NCBI GenBank assembly: GCA_963662275.1
Contig: OY759316.1
Span: forward strand, 2,526,227 to 2,590,226
Direction: 5' to 3'
Length of the DNA: 64,000 nucleotides
Source of the DNA: Candidatus Cloacimonadales bacterium
GTDB taxonomy: Bacteria > Cloacimonadota > Cloacimonadia > Cloacimonadales > DAONDQ01
Shown: positions 59,002-64,000 of the stretch, in pieces
Numbering within the stretch: the first letter of the stretch is position 1
How the letters are laid out: every line of letters starts with the position of its first letter
The notes under the pieces: generated by a model
What the model was told of the DNA's origin: nothing
Seen by the model: the letters and a program-made list of their open reading frames with translations, nothing else
The model's database searches: none
Position numbers and translations under genes: made by a program

Positions 59002-60078
59002 TTGAATATGATTAACCTCTTAAGTATCTTCACCCGTTTTAATACGAAAACTCTTTTACTGACACTTGTATGTCTTCTCCTACTTATTTTGGCATGGTTC
59101 CTGGTCATAAGAGTAAAGAGTTCCTGGCGTAAGGTGATGATTGCATTACTGATATTCCTAACTTGCAGATTCATGTTTTTTGGGAACCCTTTTATCTGGA
59201 CTATCTATTATAAACTGACGAATCATAAAACCATCGATCAGCGCCTGGGTATGCTTACTCTCTATAAGATGAAAGAGAACTTCAGCTTTCCTATTAGCGT
59301 TCATTATGCCGCGATTGGGACAAGCCAGGTAAATGCATTATTCAGAGAATATGTCGAAAATCATCCCTTTGTTAATAATAACAGTATGGCTGGTATGCTG
59401 CCAAATGAATATTTCCTTTGTCGCTCATTTATTAACAATTCTCCTGATACATTGATACTCTATTTATCTGAATTTGATTTTTGCCGAGAACCTAATTATA
59501 CTTCCTTATACGTTCTTCCTGAACAATACTTTGGTTGGTTTTCAAAAGCAAAAATCTTACAGAAGAATTATCCGGGTAAGAAATTCGAATGTAATGCGTT
59601 TAAACTGATGATGAATGATTTTTTCCCCGAATTTAAATATAGGCTGGTATTACGTCATATCATCCTAAATTTATTACATCTGGATTCAACAAAAATGGAG
59701 CCGAGTGATTCAGGCTTGAAATCTCACCTCGAAGGTCTAAAATTACTCACGGATGATGGTTTTATCAAATATCACATAGGAACATTCCAATATTTTATCA
59801 GCGAAGCTTCGAGAAAAGGGAAAACCGTGATCATTTGCCAAGGCAGTTACAACCCACTGGCTTTATCCGCAAAAAATGAAATGCTGAGAAAAGAAGTCAG
59901 AAACCAACTGGAGTCTTTAGTAAAACGTTATCCCAAGATTATTTATATCCCACTTGAAGATCAGTATCCATTGCCGATAGCAGAATTTTTCGATGGTTAT
60001 CATGTCAACGCTGAAACTGGTTATCGTTGGGCTGATTATCTATTTCAAACGGTCATTCCTTCACTACAAACCAAATAA
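59002..60078 (+). CDS. SGNH/DltD-like membrane-anchored partner of the MBOAT
   Basis: Two N-terminal hydrophobic segments; IGTS block; C-terminal DGYH (DxxH). Confidence 0.55.
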   Translation: MNMINLLSIFTRFNTKTLLLTLVCLLLLILAWFLVIRVKSSWRKVMIALLIFLTCRFMFFGNPFIWTIYYKLTNHKTIDQRLGMLTLYKMKENFSFPISVHYAAIGTSQVNALFREYVENHPFVNNNSMAGMLPNEYFLCRSFINNSPDTLILYLSEFDFCREPNYTSLYVLPEQYFGWFSKAKILQKNYPGKKFECNAFKLMMNDFFPEFKYRLVLRHIILNLLHLDSTKMEPSDSGLKSHLEGLKLLTDDGFIKYHIGTFQYFISEASRKGKTVIICQGSYNPLALSAKNEMLRKEVRNQLESLVKRYPKIIYIPLEDQYPLPIAEFFDGYHVNAETGYRWADYLFQTVIPSLQTK

Positions 60079-60244
60079 TTTGCAGAAAATCCGAGTGTTA
60101 TTATCTGTCGTCCGTATCGGTCTACATTGTTCTCCTTAATGTAATCCAAGACTATACTGCTCTCTGCCACTTCGAACTTTACACATCGTACTTAGAACTT
60201 CGAATTAACAAACCGATGTTGGAATTGTATCAGCAATAAGAATT

Positions 60245-60271
60245 GGAACGCTGTTTTCAAACGGCTATGCA
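60245..60271. repeat. 27-bp dispersed hairpin repeat identical to 10732-10758
   Basis: GGAACGCTGTTTTCAAACGGCTATGCA; variants at 12803-12828 and 13537-13563. Confidence 0.85.
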
Positions 60272-60322
60272 GTTTTAACTTTTCTCCATTTCCCCCCTTC
60301 CGCGTCTTTTTGTCCCTAAAAG

Positions 60323-60408
60323 GCATTACGGTATCAATACGGTAGCATTACGGTAGCATTACGGTAAAAAAACGTATTACTACCGTAATGATATAGTAAT
60401 CATACCAT
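60323..60408. repeat. 11-bp-period repeat with an inverted arm (family beta)
   Basis: GCATTACGGTA, TCAATACGGTA, GCATTACGGTA, GCATTACGGTA, then inverted TACCGTAATG. Confidence 0.8.
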
Positions 60409-60801
60409 GTTTCGTTTGTGGTGAAAGAAGTTGTCATCATATACATTGAAGGCTAATCTATTTTCGAATAAAAGAGCTGAAATACACAGAATTGAAATCC
60501 AATATTAATGCCTTTTCTTCCCGAATGGAATCTCCAAGTGACATATATCATGACTTGTTAGTGGTTATTTGGCAAAGTAGCCAAGTACTGCAGAAAGGAA
60601 CAGGGAATTGCCCAGAGAAGGTTGTTACGTGTATTTGTAGCGCATTATTTGTACCGCGTTATTTATAACGTGTTCCGCTGAATTCATTCAGCTCATCTTA
60701 AACTAATATCAATGCCGAAGATAGGTTTCAGATAATTTAACATCAAAACGTAAAGTGCAAACAAATTGTATGTTATGCTATTGCCTGTTTAACGAATTTC
60801 A

Positions 60802-60831
60802 TTGACAAATACAAGACATGATTACTAGAAT
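60802..60831 (+). promoter_or_regulatory. Candidate sigma70 promoter upstream of the type IV TA pair
   Basis: TTGACA-18 nt-TAGAAT. Confidence 0.5.
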
Positions 60832-61003
60832 TGTATTTAGTTTGCTACAGTTTATTGGCAAAATAATAATTGGTTTTCTGATGCCTATGGAAAAAGACAA
60901 TATGTAAGAAATGTGGAAAACTTATTATAAGTTGATACAAAATTGTAGTAATGACGAAATGGGAATTTTTTTAGACAGTCTAATTTACCATATGGAGTAA
61001 TTT

Positions 61004-61294
61004 GTGAAGCTTTCAGTTACTTCGCTTGAAAAGCAAATCTTTTGGGATTCAACTGTCTCAGATCTGGATATGGAGACTCATGCTGAATACATCATCCCTA
61101 GGGTAATGGATTATGGTATGTGGGAGGATGTAAAATTTATCCTCAGGTATTATGGAAAAACCAAAATAAAGCAGATTCTTTTCAATGCACCATCACTTCA
61201 GAAAAAGACAATTAGCTTCTTTGCATGGTATTTCAGTGTATCACAACAAAGTTTTAAGGCTAATAACAACAGGATACCAGAATGGACGTATTGA
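61004..61294 (+). CDS. DUF6922-like putative antitoxin
   Basis: IFWD...LD......YIIPRVMDYG.WED....YYG pattern; overlaps the toxin start. Confidence 0.65.
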   Translation: MKLSVTSLEKQIFWDSTVSDLDMETHAEYIIPRVMDYGMWEDVKFILRYYGKTKIKQILFNAPSLQKKTISFFAWYFSVSQQSFKANNNRIPEWTY

Positions 61295-61908
61295 AACTAA
61301 ATGTTCATGCCGTAAATCAGGAGCTTAGGGTTTTATTAGAAAGACTTATGCAAGAATCTTGCTTATCTGCATTTGTTTTAGTAGACGGAACTGCTCTTGC
61401 CTTATTACTCGGGCATAGAAAATCAGAAGACATTGATTTATTCACGACCGAGGGCTTTAACTCTCAGCATCTTGCGGATAAGATTAATACAACACATACA
61501 GTACAGAGAATCTACCATGAGGAAAATACCATTCGGGCATTTATCAATGATATAAAAATAGAATTAATTGCACATCAATATGAGATGATAGAGGATATGA
61601 TAAATGTGGATGGGATACGGATAGCCTCACTTAAAGATTTAGCAGCTATGAAATTAAATGCGATAGCAGGTAGAGGTTTAAAAAAGGACTTCTGGGACAT
61701 AGGCTCACTTCTTGAAAGATATACTCTCTCAGAAATGATAGGTTATTATCTACAAAAATACCCAAATGCAGACCAATGGCATCTGCTGCGCTCATTATCA
61801 TATTTTGAAAATGCAGAAACAGACAAAACTCCTATTATCAATTTGACTGATATTACTTGGGAGCAGGTGAAAAAACATATTAAAGCGGAAATGAAGAAAA
61901 TCTGTTAA
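61282..61908 (+). CDS. AbiEii/AbiGii-family nucleotidyltransferase (type IV TA toxin)
   Basis: GTALAL..GHRKSEDIDLF, DLAAMKL.AI..RG.KKDF.D motifs. Confidence 0.85.
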   Translation: MDVLKLNVHAVNQELRVLLERLMQESCLSAFVLVDGTALALLLGHRKSEDIDLFTTEGFNSQHLADKINTTHTVQRIYHEENTIRAFINDIKIELIAHQYEMIEDMINVDGIRIASLKDLAAMKLNAIAGRGLKKDFWDIGSLLERYTLSEMIGYYLQKYPNADQWHLLRSLSYFENAETDKTPIINLTDITWEQVKKHIKAEMKKIC

Positions 61909-62194
61909 AGTGGTTACACACTGATGACAAAATTGCAGAAAGTGATAGATATCAAGAAAAACTGAATGTCAGATATGAAAGAAAAGTGGGTAAATGCTGA
62001 TGACTAATTTGCGAACTTGAGTCACAACACCTTTGCAAATAACGGTTTCCGTTTGCATGCTGTTGCACAAAGATGCGAAAACTTGCAGAGTACGTGTCAC
62101 GATGTGCAATTGAGACAGTCACTTGCTTATTGAATGAATCAGATTATATATATTTATTTAAATATTGGATTGAATCAATAATAGGAGATATTGT

Positions 62195-62807
62195 ATGAAG
62201 TGGAAATATATATATCTTTGCAGCTTAGTTTTATTTGTTATAGTTTATAATGTATATCAAGCTGTGCGAGAAGAGACTTATCTACCTCATAATAAGCAAA
62301 ATGCACTGAACAAACTAAATCAGAATATTAATAACTTGATAGTAAATATCCCTCTTGATACATTGGGAAGTTGGGATTATAGCAATTATAAATCTAGTTA
62401 TTTTGTATGGGTAATGGAGTCATATGAAAATTCTGAATTTCTTCCTTGTATTCTTTCTAGTATATATATATGATAATAAAATAGGGCGTCTTACGAAAGT
62501 AAATGACAACCTTAGGTATAAAAAAAAGTATATTGATCAAATAATAAATCGAACAATAACAAGGATGATTCTTGTTGTACGCGTGTTAGGTAGAAGTGAT
62601 TTGTATGAGCATACCGATACTTATAGATACTATTCAAATGGTAAAACCGAAAATTATGAAGATCGTTATCATGAGTATCGAAATTTCTATAACTTCAAAG
62701 TATTTTTAATTGACATGAAAAAAAGGAAGACAATTGGATATCGGTTCATCGAATGTAATTCGCCGAATTTCGAAGAAGACCTGATTACTGGAGTTAAACG
62801 AAGATGA
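62195..62807 (+). pseudogene. Membrane-anchored hypothetical protein split at a (TA)n tract
   Basis: ORFs 62195-62473 and 62424-62807 join in frame if one TA is added at 62461-62471; N-terminal hydrophobic helix. Confidence 0.55.
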
Positions 62808-62852
62808 ATATATTAAATCCATTTATTGACAATAAATCTTAAAATATTGAAT

Positions 62853-63146
62853 CTATTCATCAAGTATATACACTACTTCCTTCAAAATGTTCTTGCCGAT
62901 ATTTGGTCTTAGTGATTCAATAGTTACTAAATCTACTTTACTTTTCAAAATACTTTCCAGAAAATCCTGAAGGGCAAAATACTGAAAGAGGGTAATTGGC
63001 TCAGAGAGTTCGATCAAAGTGTCTATGTCACTATCTTTTGTCTGTTCATCTCTTACTACTGATCCAAATATACCTATTCTTTTAATATGATAAGTAGTAG
63101 ATAAAACATCTCTATTTGCTTGGATTTGGCTACTTATAGATTTCAT
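62853..63146 (-). CDS. Minimal nucleotidyltransferase (MNT/MntA-type antitoxin), no HEPN partner present
   Basis: IGIFGSVVRDEQTKDSDIDTLIE (GS + DxD), L...L..KVDLVT; about 97 aa from ATG 63146. Confidence 0.85.
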   Translation of the reverse strand: MKSISSQIQANRDVLSTTYHIKRIGIFGSVVRDEQTKDSDIDTLIELSEPITLFQYFALQDFLESILKSKVDLVTIESLRPNIGKNILKEVVYILDE

Positions 63147-63351
63147 TTTTGATGACACAAACACCTCTTAGTTTTGAATTTTCATGTCTATGATTTTTAT
63201 ATTCTCCTCGAATTATTATAGTCAAGTTTCTTTGCTATACTCGCCCATCCTCATCATCATAGAGTGATACTCTTCACAGATAGCAAGAACGATGTCCTGC
63301 TCTACAAATCAGTTCGGAGAACGTTATTCTTTTAGCCCAGATATTCATTTT

Positions 63352-63999
63352 TTAAGGTTCAATTGTCAACGATAGTTCATCGCTAATATAGTTAAGGACA
63401 CGAGTCGTCAAGCCCAGGTTCAAGTTTAGTAGATTGAATTCTTTTCCAAGAGGAGTTTTGTGTTTCTCCCATTTAGTAATGCCATCATAGATACGGATTG
63501 CGGTGGTGTGTTCAGCTTCATCCATAAAGAGGAGCAGTGATTTTAGCGTACCTGTTTTGCCGGATTTCACTTCAATGGGAATCATCAGGTTATTCCAAAT
63601 GATGACATAATCCACTTCTGCGGAAGAATTGCGGGCATTGCGTACCCAGAATCCCAGTTCAAAGCCGGTTTTTTTTTGCATCGCAATGAGTTGCTGACCT
63701 ACCAGGTGTTCCATTGCAATTCCTTTATAGATGGAATTGAGGTTAGTAGATGAAAAATATTCTGCCTGAATATTGGCTTGCATATTGATAAAGCCTGTAT
63801 CTAAGAAAAGCAGCTTGGGACGCTTGGTCTTCTTGGGTAGGTTTGGTAAAACTGATGACGTATATGGATAGAGCAATTTAATCAGAGAGGATTGCTCCAG
63901 AAGAAGAAAAGCGCTTTTAATTGACTGGCTCTTAAAATCTGAGTTTCCAAATCCTTCAAAGGAAATTTGTTTGCAGACTTCGCTATAGGCTGTATTCAT
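63352..63999 (-). CDS. C-terminal part of an AAA ATPase/DUF4143-family protein (5' part outside the window)
   Basis: PKLLFLDTG, G.AMEHLV.Q.L, FW.R......EVDY, IPIEVKSG motifs; the ORF runs off the window end. Confidence 0.8.
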   Translation of the reverse strand: MNTAYSEVCKQISFEGFGNSDFKSQSIKSAFLLLEQSSLIKLLYPYTSSVLPNLPKKTKRPKLLFLDTGFINMQANIQAEYFSSTNLNSIYKGIAMEHLVGQQLIAMQKKTGFELGFWVRNARNSSAEVDYVIIWNNLMIPIEVKSGKTGTLKSLLLFMDEAEHTTAIRIYDGITKWEKHKTPLGKEFNLLNLNLGLTTRVLNYISDELSLTIEP

Positions 64000-64000
64000 T

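Noticed and set aside
60090-62130. attC-like fragments (AAACCGATGTTGG at ~60209, TATAAC...GTTATGC at 60664-60778, ATAACGGTTTCCG... at ~62038)
   Set aside because: The L boxes are not complementary, halves are unpaired, and no integrase is present. IntegronFinder would settle it.
55-63999. Stop-codon recoding (Sec/Pyl or alternative code)
   Set aside because: Conserved genes are full length under code 11, and I saw no in-frame ORF pairs split by a single TGA/TAG.

Overview
Bacterial chromosomal window, about 35-40% GC by eye. Many secreted proteins carry a 'YPNPFNP/SPNP...IYNxRGQ...SGxY' FlgD-Ig/T9SS-type C-terminal domain (CTD); this and the gene content suggest a Cloacimonadota-like anaerobe (inference, not verified). 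The dominant structure is an ~18.4 kb minus-strand tandem array (8933-27353) of nine paralogous ~535-aa secreted FG-GAP (integrin-alpha-like) beta-propeller + CTD genes, labelled A-I left to right. It ends in a translationally coupled 1529-aa secreted protein. The paralogs are patchworks of one another, with variable loops. They are separated by near-identical ~400-bp intergenic cassettes that contain a GTAG-type REP palindrome fused to the stop codon and a fixed-arm motif with a covarying hairpin. Inside the array lie a 12-codon remnant of a tenth gene, a probable group II intron 5' fragment and an unexplained ~180-nt structured segment. The rest of the window holds a radical SAM protein, a nitronate monooxygenase-family protein, aroA, a dCMP deaminase/GH13/GH57/hydrolase operon, an ABC-ATPase + TOPRIM-like pair (candidate defence system), crcB with a fluoride riboswitch, a triple C-type lectin protein, an FGE-sulfatase-domain protein, a 2-oxoacid:ferredoxin oxidoreductase operon with mce, cmk-ispH-rpsA, an ACP-MBOAT-SGNH-MBOAT-SGNH acylation cluster and a terminal toxin-antitoxin-rich island. 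I found no CRISPR array, rRNA, tRNA, recombinase, transposase or reverse transcriptase gene. Two homopolymer frameshifts in rpsA suggest the sequence contains indel errors, so single-indel findings need read-level checking. All family assignments come from motif recognition by eye; no database search was run.
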